From: Podarcis pityusensis
Lineage: Eukaryota
Length of the DNA: 64,000 nucleotides
Assembly: GCA_964106645.2 (NCBI GenBank)
Contig: OZ067040.1
Strand: one strand, 5' to 3'
Shown here: positions 37,701 to 52,700 of the stretch, one piece after another
How positions within the stretch are numbered: position 1 is the stretch's first letter
Layout of the letters: every line of letters begins with the position of its first letter
Notes under the pieces: model-generated
Told to the model about the DNA's origin: nothing
Seen by the model: the letters and a program-made list of their open reading frames with translations, nothing else
Database searches by the model: none
Position numbers and translations under genes: made by a program

Positions 37701-40700
37701 GACAGTACATACTTCAGTTCCAGTTTACGCCACTGGATGATCAGCTGAGTGACCAAATCCAGATGTTTCCTAAGAGAGACAGCTCGACTAGCATTCTCCT
37801 CCCAATCCTAGAAAAGGAAAAGATGCCTTTCAGACAAAAACTGAAATTATACATTTCAACGTTGATATAAAAAGTTGATTTGCTTCCCCATTATGTACAC
37901 CTTTAAATTTAAAAATGCAATCACCTTCATTCAACAAATAAGTTTCCTTTATTAGTAAATTTGGTGTTTCTTATACTACTAAAAATCAGGTGTATTACAG
38001 AAATTTGTTTTCTCACCTTCTCTGGCTATACACACACAACCACTTGCCTCCTGATTTCTTACCTGGGACTTGGCCAGCAGAATTTCCAAGCCATTCAGGA
38101 ACTTCGAAAGGGGACTGGAGAGTGGAAAACTACAGATTCTGTCCAGTACAACCAAAAGCTGCAAAATGAAAGACAATTAGTGCTTCTGGCAGTTGCTTTT
38201 TAAAGCTTAAAACTAAACAACACAAAGGAACAGAACTTTTAACTTCATATTGCATTGCAAGATCTCATCTCTTCTGCTAATAGCAGATATAACTGGTTGT
38301 TTGTCTGTCTCATATAGCTGAACATACTAACAAATTTAGGGGACTAGCAGTATGCTTGTCTCTGTGGAAGGTGCTATCCATGCAAAGCCTTAACATGTAA
38401 GGAATCCTAGGTCAAAGCAAATATAAATTGAACTCTGGTTATTTTAGCTACTGTTTCAGTTCTTGAAAGTCTAGACTCTTACCTGGACGAGCGCAGGGTG
38501 GTCCGGCCATTCTTGCAATAGTGCTTTCACCTCTTTTGTGAAGTTTTCAAGAACATGTTGACACTGTTGCACTTGCTGAATATTAGGATGGTGATAAAAA
38601 TCATACGGCCCTTCGTTTTGCAGGACTAGTTCTGAAGCCCCCTGTTCAAAAAGTGTATTGTGCAGTATTGTGCTAGCTAGAAGTTGGCTGCCATGGAGAT
38701 TATCGTTCATTTCAGAACCTATGATTTGGCCATCCAGGGGGCAAGAAGAGAAACAAAGTCATTAAGGCAATAAAGTTTTCCGTATCTTTTTAAACAGCAC
38801 ATTGATTAAAACAGTAAAGGATAAGCTCAGAGACAAATGTGTTGTGTCTTAGAGCAATTGTTTTGCACAGCCCATCACTATATATAGTGAAAGCTCACTC
38901 CAAAAGCCTCTGTGAGTATCTACTTCTGAGGCACTTAAGACCGGAATGTTTAATTCTAGGAAGAATAACCTAGAATGCCTTTCTACCAATACCCTCTGCA
39001 TAGCAAATCAACAAGATCACAGGGACAGTTTCAATAAATGACCACCCACACCCTAGAGGCTGTCCAAGTTCAATTATACAAGGCTTTGTTTTGCTTTATT
39101 ACTATGTTTTTAGTGTCATTTAGATTCTTGAATAACGAGCAGAACCAAACACGCTACTTTCCCTCAGTGGAAACACATCATGCTATTTGAAAGTTGGAGA
39201 TTCCATTTACCCATCGCAATAAAATCTCCCCAACCCAATTGCATTCAGTAGTATTCTACACATACAACTAACCCTAACCCAAACTGAATTACGCTCATTA
39301 TTTAAGCAGGGAAATGAGAGACCACTCATTTAAGCCACGTTGGCCTTTTAAGGCTCAAGCTAAGTATATCAAACGTGAGTGGGAAAACGGGTTTCTGAAT
39401 ACAAACAACAAGGAAGTCGTGAAGTGGTAGGTGCAACTGCAATGGGACTGTTTTAGAGAACGTAGCTCCTCAGATGTAGCCAAGGCTAAACATTTCAGTT
39501 TATTCTGTCTACTTATTTTTTAGAGATACAGTCGTACCTCGGAAGTCAAATGGAATCTGTTCCGGAAGTCCGTTTGACTTCCAAAACGTTTGAAAACCAA
39601 GGCACGGCTTCTTCCAATTGGAAGCCACAGAAGCCCTGTCAGAAGTTCAGTTTCCGAAAGAATGTTAAAAAACCGGAACACTCACTTCTGGGTTTTGATC
39701 GTTCAGGAGCCAAAGCGTTCGAGAACTAAGCTTTTCAAAAACCAAGGTACAACTGTACATACTTCAACGACCATTAGTGGTAGACACACAGGATTTTTAA
39801 ATCACAGCTGCGGCCTTTGAATGATGGTTCCATGGAAGCTTATCTGGGGTTCCTTAACAAGAAGACAGCTTGCCCATTATTAATGGCTTCACCCTGCCGT
39901 GTTCAGATGGCAGGGCAGTGCTGGGTATGCTGCAGGGAGCACTTTAGCTTATGTAAGAGATAGGAAGGTGCCACACACACTTGTGCAACATATTGGAGGG
40001 GGGATTCTATGGCTCCCTCAAAAGGATGGGGATTCTCTGTCCACTGAAGCACAGCATACTTGAAAGCACAAACAAAAAATCCTTACCAATCAAAGGATAG
40101 AAGTGAGCTACCAGCGAAACACCAGTCTGGTAACAGGAAAGGAATGTATTCAAATGATGCTTCGCCTGATGGGAGGACAGGCTTTGCTGATACCACAAGG
40201 ACCGAGCAAAGTAAAGGCACAGCTGCTGATGAATCGTCATGACTGTTTTCATTGAGTGATGAGAAAGAAGGGCTTTTCCACAAACTGCTTCCTTTTCTAA
40301 ACCGTCATTCATTTCCATTTTCCCCTCAAGGCTTGCCTCTGCTGTAATATCTTCAAAATCCTGCAAATTGTATTGAAAGGTGTATTTAGTGACAACTTGC
40401 AGCACTGTATTTTAAGATCAGCAGCAAAGCTCACCAATTTCAAAGGAAACACTTGCATGGAACAAGGCAGGCTGGTAAGTACCACATGACACCCTCAGGT
40501 TGTCTAGTGAACCAGGCTTTACTAAAGATCCTGCTTCAGTGGGCATCTGAGAAGTTGCAGGAGCACAACTGGGCTCCACACACATCCAGGTAGGAAGCAA
40601 AAAAGTGGCCACCTCTCTGTGGCAACAGAGGAACTAAACTGTACATTTTGCCATAGCACTGCAGCTGTATTATCTGCTCTGTATTCTATTAGGAATCTTC

Positions 40701-43700
40701 TTTATGGTGTTAGTAAAAAAAATGCTTGTACGATAATTGTATAATTTATAATTATTTGCAACATAATATATTTTATTCCTCTTTCCAAGCCTCTTTGTTC
40801 TATTATCCTGACTCCTACACTAATATTTTTACTGTTTTCAAAAAAAGAAAACACAAGCAACAGCACTACAACCAAAAGCAAGCAGGACTCAATTTGGTAA
40901 CTGAAGATTTATTTCCCTGGCTCTGTTTCATAACACAGTCCCCCCCCCCCCATTTACCATTCAAAGCTCTATAAACACTTTCCTCGGATGTGCAGAGAGC
41001 TTTTTCAGTCTTTACACTGTGTGTTCGCCCAACAAGAACAAATAACGTCACAATGGCTCATTGAACACAAAGCGGAAATGTGAACTTAGGATTCTGGAAG
41101 TTAGGCTACTGGACATACTGTCTTCCAGTGAAATTAAAAACATTTTCAGGTTCTGCCCCTATCCCATTTGATCCAGTTCCCAGCTGCCACACTATTGATA
41201 CTTCAGTATTTCTTTCTGATTATGTAAACTGCTGCACAAACAGAATAAAGTTCCGTACACAATTTCTGATTAAAGCAGAAGTTGTTTACCTTCTCATGCA
41301 GAGGGAATTTCCTCCTGAACTCTCTCTCTTCCTCCTCCTCTTCACTGAGGCCACTACCGTGGCTCTTGGTTCTGTATCTGTAAAGACTATTCTTCTGTTC
41401 CTCCTCTTCCTGGGCCTGGCGCTCTTGTTCATCCCATTCATTTATAATTACCTAAGAAATAGAATGCAAACAAACAAAAGCCCGCTCATCTTGAGAAACC
41501 CATAAGAGACTTGTGCATATAAATTCCACTAGTGAGGCCACTAGTATGTTGAAGCCTAGTCAAACAGGCTTTGTTTTCTGCTCCGTTTTTGGGGCAAGAA
41601 AAAAAGCCCAGAGCTTGAGCCTGTAGGCTTGCTTTTATACTGGCTGCTCTAAAGCTGTGACCCCTCTTTCCAGTGAGCATTAGGCCAGTCACCTTTCTCT
41701 CTCCCAAGGGTGTCAAGATTTATCTTTCACAGATGGTTTTTGGCAGAAGTTTCTGCAGCCATTTAGTCTTATTACCAGGTTTTCTTGATATATTTATTTT
41801 TATCAGTTTTGAAACGCTTTGTGCAACCAGAAAAGCAGTCTATAAACAACTGAGATCCAACCTGCTGCATTTTATCAGAGATAAACAAAGCAAAACTCCA
41901 ACCACACAATGAGGTTTTTTCTTGGCTCTTTCCCTCCCTATGGCTCTCAGAATAGCTGCTTGTGAGGATCAAAGGAACTTCTGGAATGGCACTGTGAGGA
42001 ACCAGGGTTGCAAGAGGACACGGAAACCAGAACTTTGCAGAGCCGCCTTGCACAAGCAGAAGCGTATTTCTACTTGTGGGAGTTATTTCTGGGCCGAAGC
42101 AAATTAAAAATATATATAGAGCAACAGTTCCTAGAGTGGCCTGCTTTCATTTGACAAATGCGTCTACGTAACATTTTAAGTTAAGTTTCCAAAGATGTCC
42201 CCTGCCCCCCCCCCCCCGGCCAGAGCAATAAGGAGAGAATGAAGGTAGAGGCTCAAAAAATGTAGCTGCTTAAATAGCACCACCATACCTGGCACAAATG
42301 CCTAAATAGCTGCAGAGATTTGTGGTCCAGTTCTCCCTTGGACAGCACGTGGCAATGGAGAAACAACAAAGCATTCACCAGCAGCTGCTCCTGGGTGAGG
42401 CATACCCTCTGCTCCCCATCAGCAGCCTCAGAGGAGTATTTCAGAGATAGCCTCTTAAGGCCATGAAGGACGTCCAGAGCGTTCACAGAGCACAAGGCAT
42501 CCGCATGGGAAAGGTAACAGGGGAAAGTGGCGCTGACGGAAGGAAACGACAGCAGAGAGGCAACCAGAGTGCCAAGCTTGGCTGGGCAGACAAAACTGCT
42601 GAACATCGTCCTATGGACTTCAGAAGCCACAAGCCTTAGGCCATGCTGCATCTGCAAAATGGCAGCTTGCAGTGGGACAACTGCATCAGGGAAGGCGGCA
42701 TAGTCCTCTGCCAACCGTTTCCTGAACTGGTGGTGCGACTGCTGCCAGGCTGCCTCTTCACTGAGGACATTTTGCACCATCTGGAGAGACTGAGACTTAT
42801 CCAAATGGAGTAACTGCAGCAGGCGGGTCACAAGGTCCTGGACTTTTGAAGTCTGGGCAATGCTGCTGACGTACTGATGAACTTCCTTGTACAATGACTC
42901 ATACGAAGGAGCCTGTGGCCTATAGGCTTGCTTTTGGCTGAGGCTGGCAATCTGGTCCTTCAGCTTCTGGATTCTTTGGCATAACATCCTGAGAGAGGGT
43001 AAGTTGCAAAAGGTCAAAGGTCAGGGTCATCCAACAATTATTAGATGAAAGCCAACTTCAAGAGCAGAACAAATTATTTTGCTGCCATGATGAAATCTAT
43101 GTGCCACCCTGACTATTTATATAGCTTCACTTTTCTTTGCCACGAGGAACTCAGGCAACTCTGTACAGGTCTAGGTAAACTGGATGAAAGCAAGCTTTTT
43201 AAATTGTGTCCAGATGGATGGGCACCAAATGGCAAGAGCCACACACCTGTTCTTGCAATCCACCCACCTCCGCCTCAAATCATTCATCACCCAAACGGCA
43301 AACTGAGAGTCAAGAAAACAAGAATCCTGTAGTTAAGTGCAACTACCCAAGGCTCTGGTACAAGTAGGGATTTGAACCCACAGCCCACTGGACTATTGTG
43401 ACCATTTACAATTACCCTTTCAAATTTGGGAACAGGAGGTAAACATTACAATATTCCAAAGCCACAGGGAATCTTGTAGTTACCTAATGTGAGGGTGACT
43501 GTGATGGCTGATGGCTTCATCTTCCAGATCTTTCCCTGTGCGTAACTGAGTTGACAGATTGTGTGTCTTCCATTCACATTCTAGATGGTGCAGCTGAAGG
43601 CGTCAGGCAAAAAACAAAAAACCACGCAAGTTTTATTCAAGATAAAGCTCTGCCACCACTCCAACTGGGTGGAGGAGGAGCTATTCTTGTGTACTGAGAA

Positions 43701-46700
43701 TTTACAGATCCTTCTGTATGTTCTAAGTCTACAGCAAGGCTATTACGTCATGACAGGTAAATGGAACCTCAAAGTCTAGAAACAGTGGGCTGTCTCCAAT
43801 GTTGTCATGTTTGGGGAAGGACTTATGCTTGCATAAATGAATTTGGCCCCCTCCCCACACACCCAAACCTGTTCTTGGCATTCCCAAAACCCTCTGGAGA
43901 AGATTGGGAAGGGGTATAGGGAGAGGGAGGGGAAGTCCTTGCACAAATGGGATGATTTTGTTGGATACACCACTACCCCTGTTACCTCTGAATACCCATG
44001 ACTAGTGACCATCATTGTCTAGGGAGCTGATCTCTAGCAATACACAGAAGGGCACAGATTCCTCACCTGTGCTCTATCTGCATATTTGTGTATATCTTTA
44101 TTCATCTTGTAGGGTTTTACGTGACTATGCACACTCATTTTCTGTTTTGAAAAATGAATAAGATCTTGCACCCGCCCTAGTACTTGTAGTTATGCACAGT
44201 GTTATCTGAATATTGGGTTGTTTTGTCTCATACGACAGCAAATTTCCAATGCAATCTTACTACATTTGTTCATGTGGTTTGGTATAGTTTAGCAATCGTG
44301 TGAAGATTTGAAATGTCGGTGTAGGTGTAGCCTAAAAATCCCATTAGCCACAAGGCAAGGGAACCCAAGCCCTCACCTCTTCCTCTGCGTACTTGAGCTT
44401 GTATTCTCTTTTCACAGCTGGATCATACTGGGTCTGTGGAAGCCACAGCTGGATCTGCAGGAGACCTAGGTTGACCCAGAGACTGCCTCGCCGAGCCGTT
44501 TCGGGCAAGTTCTGCAGCCCCCCTTCGTGCCCAAAGAACTGCTGCAAGCAAGTCAGCCAGATGCAGACGATATGCTCAGGCAGTATTTCCCGGGCAGCAG
44601 CATCCCTGAGCACTTTGCAAATGTACTGAAACGCCGCTGGGCTCTTGGAGGAAACCTTATTGCAGTTCCGGAGATATTCCTCCTGCTGTTCTGCCGGAAC
44701 CAGGCCTTTAAGAACTACGAGTTGCCTATGCAACATGACACCTTGGAACCTGGAATCTGTAAACCTGAAAGAAGAAAGAGATGTTCCAAATAAGGATGAA
44801 GAAGAGATCTGCAACTGGAAAGTCCCTAGAGCTTAATCAGGCTACTGGATAGGTATCACCTAGGCCTCTGCTGCCAACATAGAGACAAGAGAACTATCTC
44901 TACAGTAGGGTGGGGAGTCCAGCCACCCGCCCACCACATCCTCAGGTGTGCTTCTCTTTTACAACCAGCTGTTAACCAAGGGTACAAAGCATCTATCTCT
45001 CCTGACCCCCCGGCTTTGTTTCTTAATGCAGTACCTAAATTCAGCCATGGAAGAAAAGGGCAAGTTGGTCCACAGAACTGTGCTGACTTCCTGAAGCTGC
45101 TGTGCTCTCTCCAGCCGCTCTCCCAGTGTGACGTTGGAGGCGGACAGGACAGGAAGGCCGGTCACATCCCACTGGCTCCACTTGCTGCTGCTAGTTAGAA
45201 TTTCAGAGAGGCACTTGGAGAAAACTGCTCGACTCAAAATACCCACACCCTAAATTAATAAAGATCAAAACATATATTTATAGCATTGATAAAGGTTTCC
45301 ACATTTTATATTTTATTTTTAAAAAGGGCAGGTCACAGACTTGGAAATGTCAGAACATTTTGGGGAACATGTTACCAAAAAACAACATCATCATCATTGG
45401 AACATTGGAACCCACTGAAAGTCACTGAAATTTAAGTGGTGCACCAGATTGGGTGGATGCAAAACAGGATTTCCAAACCAACATCCCACCCGTATTTAAA
45501 ATACCATGCATAAGCACTAAACTAATCCCTACCTTTAGCAATAAGATAATCCCAAAATCTGTAATTTTGCTAAATATATTTCCTAATTAAGTTTATTTAA
45601 AAGACACTTCCCCATCTTCTAATGCAGGGTTTATGCTATTTGTCTACCTGTCCTCTACGGTGGGAGAAAAACCTGTCATCCCACCCCCGGCATTCTGATA
45701 ATAAAAATATTTGATAGGGAGAAGTGAATCTAGCCTCATCTCAACTGTGTTCCTTTATCTCCTGCACTGTCTCCAATCAATGACTTTCATTGACCACTAC
45801 AGAAAAATGCAAACAAAAGTGAACATACTGACAGGAACTTTGCTAATTTTGCACAAGTCGTTCAAATATGAAATGTCCAGCTGGATTTTTGGACAGGGCG
45901 TAGAAAATGGGTTTAGTTTTTTGTTCAAGTTGTCAGGCTCCTTTTCAAGCTTTGTTTAAAAAGCAAATCCAAGTTCCCCAGAATTTAGCATCAGTTGCAT
46001 GGAAGAATTATCCAGATTGCAGCTTGTCACAAACATCTCCTGCTTAACAGGCAGCTCAAAAGCACTTTAGGAGCATTAACGCTTTATTTTATATTAATGC
46101 TGTATTTTAAACCTGCATAAGCTATAAATAGCAGAGCCTTCCTTGGGATCAGTTCTAGTAGCTAATTCACACTCCAAGCTATGGGAGTGAATACTTTCAA
46201 TCCTCTGAATGAATAGTGAACCCATTCTCTATGTGACATCAAAATGGCACCGTTCATTCACAAGAAGGAACTATTAGAAAGTTTGTAGGAAACTTGCTAT
46301 GTGCAGAAGTACACTCCACCCCCCCCCAAAAAAAAGATCTCCAGAAAAAATCGTAACAGGGAAAACTGAGTGAAGACTGAGCATGCTCAGTGGGCAGAGA
46401 GGACTCACAATTAGGAGAGGAAAAAATTAAATGAGGTGACAGAATGGAGTAACCTAAAAGAAAGCATGGCTGGCTGGAATTGTGATCAGGAGCACTTGGC
46501 AGTGCATCATTTTGTTGAAGGTCCTACACTATTCTGTAGAATAGTTTATCGTATAGTAAGTTCCTGCCCTGACAATAGAGTCTTACCCTAACCCTTTAAA
46601 AAATGCAAGTTTCCTCACACAAACCTGAACAGAACAGTCCATGAGAGATTTGGGCATCTTCTTCTCTTTCACGGACAGCGGCTGCCAAGTCAACCAGCGC

Positions 46701-49700
46701 TCTGGATTTGTAGTAACGACACTGCTCCAGAACGCTACTAAAGCAGCATTCACTAGTTCTGACCACACGAGAGAAATTTCTTCTGCAGAGACCTAAAAGC
46801 GCAAGATGAAAGTGAAGAAGACTTAAAGAGACTCTCAATGTTTGCCTCCGCTTTTTAAGCGTTCTAATGGAAGTGTGCACAAGTTTTACTTTTCAGGGAC
46901 CAACCACATCAGCTAGAATTTTCCTTAGCTTTGTTATTAAGGACAGGAAGCATTTCCTGCATCAGATATGAAAGTAAGGTTCTCCCTTGGGCCTAAGAGA
47001 GAACCTAAGACAGAAAACACCACCACCGCCACATTGTTCAACTAGTTATAGTTAAGGGCTTACTGCAGCATTCTCTGGACAAGCAATAAATGGGAGGGAA
47101 TAGAGGAAACTGAGCCAGATGCACTGGGAATAGTACACCAAAAGTGATGCAGCCTACATAGGAGCAAGCAAATAGCATGGGGGGAAGGGAGAAAGAGTGC
47201 CACAAGAACTTATAGCAGTACAAAGAGTTTAACAATGAATCAAGCAGAAGGAAAGAACTTTCCCACTCCTAAAAATTTGCAAGCAACCACAAAATGCTAG
47301 CTGATTCTTGAAGATGGTTTCCAGCACACTGGACAACTGAAACCAGAGATGCTCACCAGGTAGCAAGGTTAAGGAAACAAAGTAAGGGGGCAAGAGAGGA
47401 GAAATGTTGGCTCCTTAATCCACAGTGGATGCTTTTTAGAGCCATCTTACCTACTTTCAATTTTCCCGTTGTTTAGTTCTCGCTAAACACACAGTTTATC
47501 CAAAAATAAATACGGGAAGTCAATCAAGGACTTCTGTTTGAATGCCAGGAAGTTAGTTTGTCATTCCCCCCCGACCCCCACCTAGCTGCTACTTTTATTA
47601 AGTAACAGTTAAATTTACGTCAATTTGATTTTTTAATTCTTTACATAAATTACTCAAAATCTGAACGACAAAAAAGAAAATAATGATGATAATAATAAAA
47701 GTAAAGGGACACCTGACCATTAGATCCAGTCATGGCCGACTCTAGGGTTGCGGCGCTCATCTTGCTTTATTGGCCGAGGGAGCCGGCGTACAGCTTCCGG
47801 GTCATGTGGCCAGCATGACTAGCCGCTTCTGGCGAACCAGAGCAGCACACGGAAACGCCGTTTACCTTCCTGCCGGAGCAGTACCTATTTATCTGCTTGC
47901 ACTTTGACGTGCTTTTGAACTGCTAAGTTGGCAGGAGCAGGGACCGAGCAACAGGAGCTCACGCCATTGCGGGGATTCGAACTGCCGACCTTCTGATTGG
48001 CAGGTCCTAGGCTCTGTGGTTTAACCCACAGCGCCACCCGCGTCCCTTATGCTAATAATAATAGAGATAAAAAGTACCCAGGTGTTTGACACTGACAATG
48101 AGAACGAGAATGTGCAGAGCACTATAATACAGCCCCTTTTGATATCATATTACATTTTCCCTTGTTTTGTATGTTGCAGGTCTCTGTCCTGGATTGGAGA
48201 ATACAGTGCAATGTGAATAAAGAAAAGAAAAATGAAAAGGGAAGGGGAGTTTTCTGAACTTAACACTTGTTCTTACCTTTTGAGAGTCTAACAAGTAATA
48301 AAGGCCTTGAAGCTGTTGTGAGGTAGATGGTGTAAACTTAAGGCAGAAAGCAATAAATTGCCTTATTTCTGAACATAGGCTTGATTGTTGACTGCTATCA
48401 TTCCTGAGAAAAGAAAAGGCATGGGTATTGATTGACAGTTTGTATACACACCAAGGTACAAAAATACTGAAAGAGGAAAGATGCAACACGTCAATCACGT
48501 CAATTAGAAATTAAAGGAAAGTCCCACATTCAAAATCACCCTGGTCCTATTCAGAAATGTTCAGAATGTCTCATAATCCTTTTGAGACATAAATTCTGAA
48601 ATTCTCCCCAATTCAAAGTTACTTGCATTTCTGTCAGCAGAATTGAGGTTTAAAAACATCTTGAGACATTCTAGCTCAGAGTGCGCGTTCATGAATTTGC
48701 TACCTGACAGAGCCATGGCAAACCACAAGATAAAAAGACTACAAAAGCTTAAGGAAGGGAAAGGCTGGATAATCGACCTTACATGAATCCCAGAAACCTT
48801 TTGCTCCATCACAGAAAACTTGCCCTCACCTTTGCAAAGAAGCCTCAGCTATACAATCAGTGGTTAGCTTGTACTGCCAAAGCACAGCTAGATACTCCAT
48901 TGCAGGCCACAGTTGCACCTTATTGCAGAGCTGAGTTATCAAACTAGAATCGACCTGTTTGCCTTCAGCAGGCTTTTCTTTGAGAGGCTCAAGCAAGACA
49001 CCTCCTTCCCTCAGCTTTGACTGCTGGAGATTCACCAGAGCCCATAACTCATCTGAAAGAAATAAAGAACAGAAATAGCCTGCAACTAAAATCTTGTACC
49101 AAAATAAGATTTAAGGCAAAAACAAACTCACTTATCAGCACAAAATATAACAGGGGGGAAAATACAAACCTGCAAATATGAATTTTATCTGGATTTTTAT
49201 GTTCATTTGCAGGAAACACGGAAGCTTACTATATGAACATGAAAATACATATTTGAAGTAACCTGTAGTACAAACATTATGAGGTGTTCTTCACTCCACC
49301 TGACCACAAATAAATCATTTACCTGAAATGACATCCTTCAAATTATTGGCTCTGAGAACTAGGCCTTGAGCCTGGAGCAATGCAGTCTTGATTTTCCACT
49401 CTGTGGCGGCCATTTTCAGAATACAGACCTCCTTCTGCCATTCACCATCTCCAATAGCGGGCCTCAGCTCCTGGACATTAAGTGCTTTGGAAATTTTCCG
49501 CAACTGAACAGACGCATCCACTACTCCTACATCCTGAATAAGTTGAATAAAAATAAAAGTGGCAACTCCCAACTCAATAGACTGAACACTATTTTGTTTT
49601 GTTTTACTAAAACGCATGATAGAGACCACTTATGCTGACCTCTTCTGTAAAGACTGAAGGGGTGCATATAATTTATATGCATGCAAGCAGCAGTCAACCA

Positions 49701-52700
49701 TTTAGCCAATTGTGCCAAAGTCCAAAGCATGAGAATGCCCCACACTTTGGTATGTATGCAGTACTCTGTCTAAGAGAGTGGGTACTTTTGCGTCCGGTTA
49801 ACAGAAGCAGCGCTGCAGGACAGGACAGGCAGGATCAACGGTTTGCTTTGTTTCCTAAGCCAGGCCCCATTGGTCTCACAGCTTCTGCACAAGCATGCTA
49901 CTAAAAATTCTGCTGCCTGAGCATTTGTATAGCTGTGCAAGTATATTCAAAAGTGATATACTGTACTAGGAACTGCTATCTAGGAACACAGAAAACAAGT
50001 CAGCTGATTGGTCCATCCACCCAAGTACTGTGTGCACTGAATGGCAGTAAGCTCTCTGGGTTTTCAGGCAGGAATGCGAAGATTGAAACCCAGCCAGATG
50101 GGTGGGGTATAAATAATAAATGATGATGATGATGATGATACTTAATTATAGCTCTCGCTGTAGGGTGTTTAGTAAGTCTGATCTAACTTTTCTTGAAAGG
50201 AGAGTATTTATATTTCTAAATCCATACACTCACTTGATCACCTTCTTAAATATCTATAAGCAGTTCTGTAACTCTGAGACACGAGTTCCTTAAATAATTC
50301 TAGATGGGTAGGGTAGCAGTGTAATACAACTGTTTTTCTAAAATGTATTACCAAAGAGAAACCTCCATAGAAGTCAACAGTACTCAGTTACATATAAATA
50401 CATTGCACCTTGAATGGAAGAGGTCTTCCCCAAAACTTCTGCAGCTTCTTAACACTAGCAGAAACACCAGCAGGATTGGCTAGGCAAGCCTGGATTTGTT
50501 GTGAGGCAGACTGAATATCCTTGGGCAGCCTTAAAATAAGAGAAGGAATAATTGTTTATACAGAAAACTGAGAAAAGGTAAGATTGGTCATCAAACCATG
50601 CATGCAGCCTGGATATACAGCAACCTATGAAACCTCATTCCCCCAGTTCAGAGCTTTCCAAACAGTGTGTCACGGCACATTAGTGTGTCGGCTGCAGTGT
50701 GTAGGTGTGTCACGCAAACACTCCCCACACTCCTCCTAGGGCTGGAAAGGGGTTAGTTTAACCTCAGGTTTGCTAATAAAACTGAATTATAGATGGTACA
50801 TAGCCCTCTTGACATCATTACCTACAGGGAACACTAAGAATACCTCTGTGCAGGGACTTTATACCTTCTAATCCCAGCCATTCCAACATATATAGGAAAC
50901 ATAATAAAACATTAAACCTTAAACAGCTTCCCTATAGAAGGCTGCCTTCAGATTTAATGCATTGGTGTACAAGCTAAAGACAACATACTTCTGCTGCTCG
51001 TATGTGCTCAGCAACTTAGTTGTCCTGCTGATTAAATGTTTCACAACCCAGTGCCAGTGAAGAGACAGGAGTGCTAAGCCAGAGGAATCCACAGCAACCA
51101 TGTCAGATATCGTCCAAAACCTGTCACGCCACAATAAACAGTGCAGTATCTAGAGGCAAGCCAGAAAAAAAATGAGTCTTCCATTCTATGATGCACACGG
51201 TAATGCTTTTTCAGGTGGAGAGCATTGCTCTTTTATCATTAGGAAATGACAGATATTTTAAATCCAAAAGGGCCTTGTTTGAGCAGAAAGACACCTTCAT
51301 TCCTGAGACTTTACGTCTGAGATGGAAAAGGTGCAAGTCTAGGATAACACAAGCTGCTAGACAAAAATTGCACCTTCCAACTTTCGGTGTATCAGGAGGG
51401 TAACCTCTTGCACTTCACCCACTGAGCTATGAGCCTGAAGTAGACTCCCTGTGGCCCTTGCTCAGAGAATCTCTTAAGGCAGCTTCCATGACCCATCCAG
51501 GCTGTGCTCCAGAAAACAGTATCTTTCTGGAAACAAATTTCTCTGATCTAACATCCTAAATTAGACCAGAAAAACAGAAAGCTGGAGCACTGCAGTTCTT
51601 GCAATTTAGCTTATCCTTTGGCATGAAGATGATCAGCTTTCCATTTCTGCAATCATTCATGGATCCTTGGCTTCGTTCTGGAATGTACTTATATTTACAG
51701 GGACACACTATTTCCCTACAGTTCAAACTAGGCAAAACATTTATCTGTTTTAGACAAGCTCTTATTCCTAAGTCAGAGGAATCTCTTGAATGTGACTAAC
51801 CACTGTGCCCAATCCTCCAAGCAACTGGAAAAGACAGGTGGATTTCATGTCCTCTTTCCAGGTTTCCACTTTCAAACAAAATGGTATGACAAAAGTATCA
51901 GAGACCGTAACACAGGGAAAGCAAGTGGACAGCTCCTAAAGTCCAAGCAATGGGTGACCCCAGACATTTGTATGGTCTACTTACTTCATACATTTTTTCA
52001 TCAGAGACAGACCCTTGAGTAGACTTCACCCAGTTCAGCACGAAGGCATCCCAAAGTTCAAAAAAGCCTGCGAGGTTCACCACAATAGCATGCGGCAGTG
52101 AGCTGTGGCTGCCGGGATCTTCATTTCAAGAATAAAATTAAACCAAAAGACAATGCAGAAAATTAAACCAAAATAAAATGCAGAACTGTATCCAAGCACC
52201 GTGCTACAAAAACAACATCAGTGATTCGTTTAAGTAATTTTTAAATGGAAACACAATAGATACCTTTATGGAACTCCAGTGACATCCTCAAAGCACTAGT
52301 TCTTGGCTTTTTGGTATTAATCAGGCTCCTTTCAACGTAGCTCTTTTTCTCACGGTCCAGAAACAGTATTGCCCTGTAATCACAACACAACAAACCCACA
52401 CGAATATCATTTAAGTTATGTCAATAGTAAATCAAAATCTTGTTAAGAGGAAGCTAACAACCCACAAATTGAATCATGTTGGGACTATTTAACATATACA
52501 TAATGCAGAGAAAGCATTAGACACTACAAAATACTAATGTGAAATGGATCCTGAATAGAGAATTTATAATCTGCATTAGACAAGCAAAACAGGAGGAAAG
52601 AATTCTGACTACGGCAGTGGGTAATGGCAGAAGATGCATGAATATTCTGAATGATTTATGTAAAAATGAGTTTCCTTGTGAAATAAAGGCTCTGATGTAA

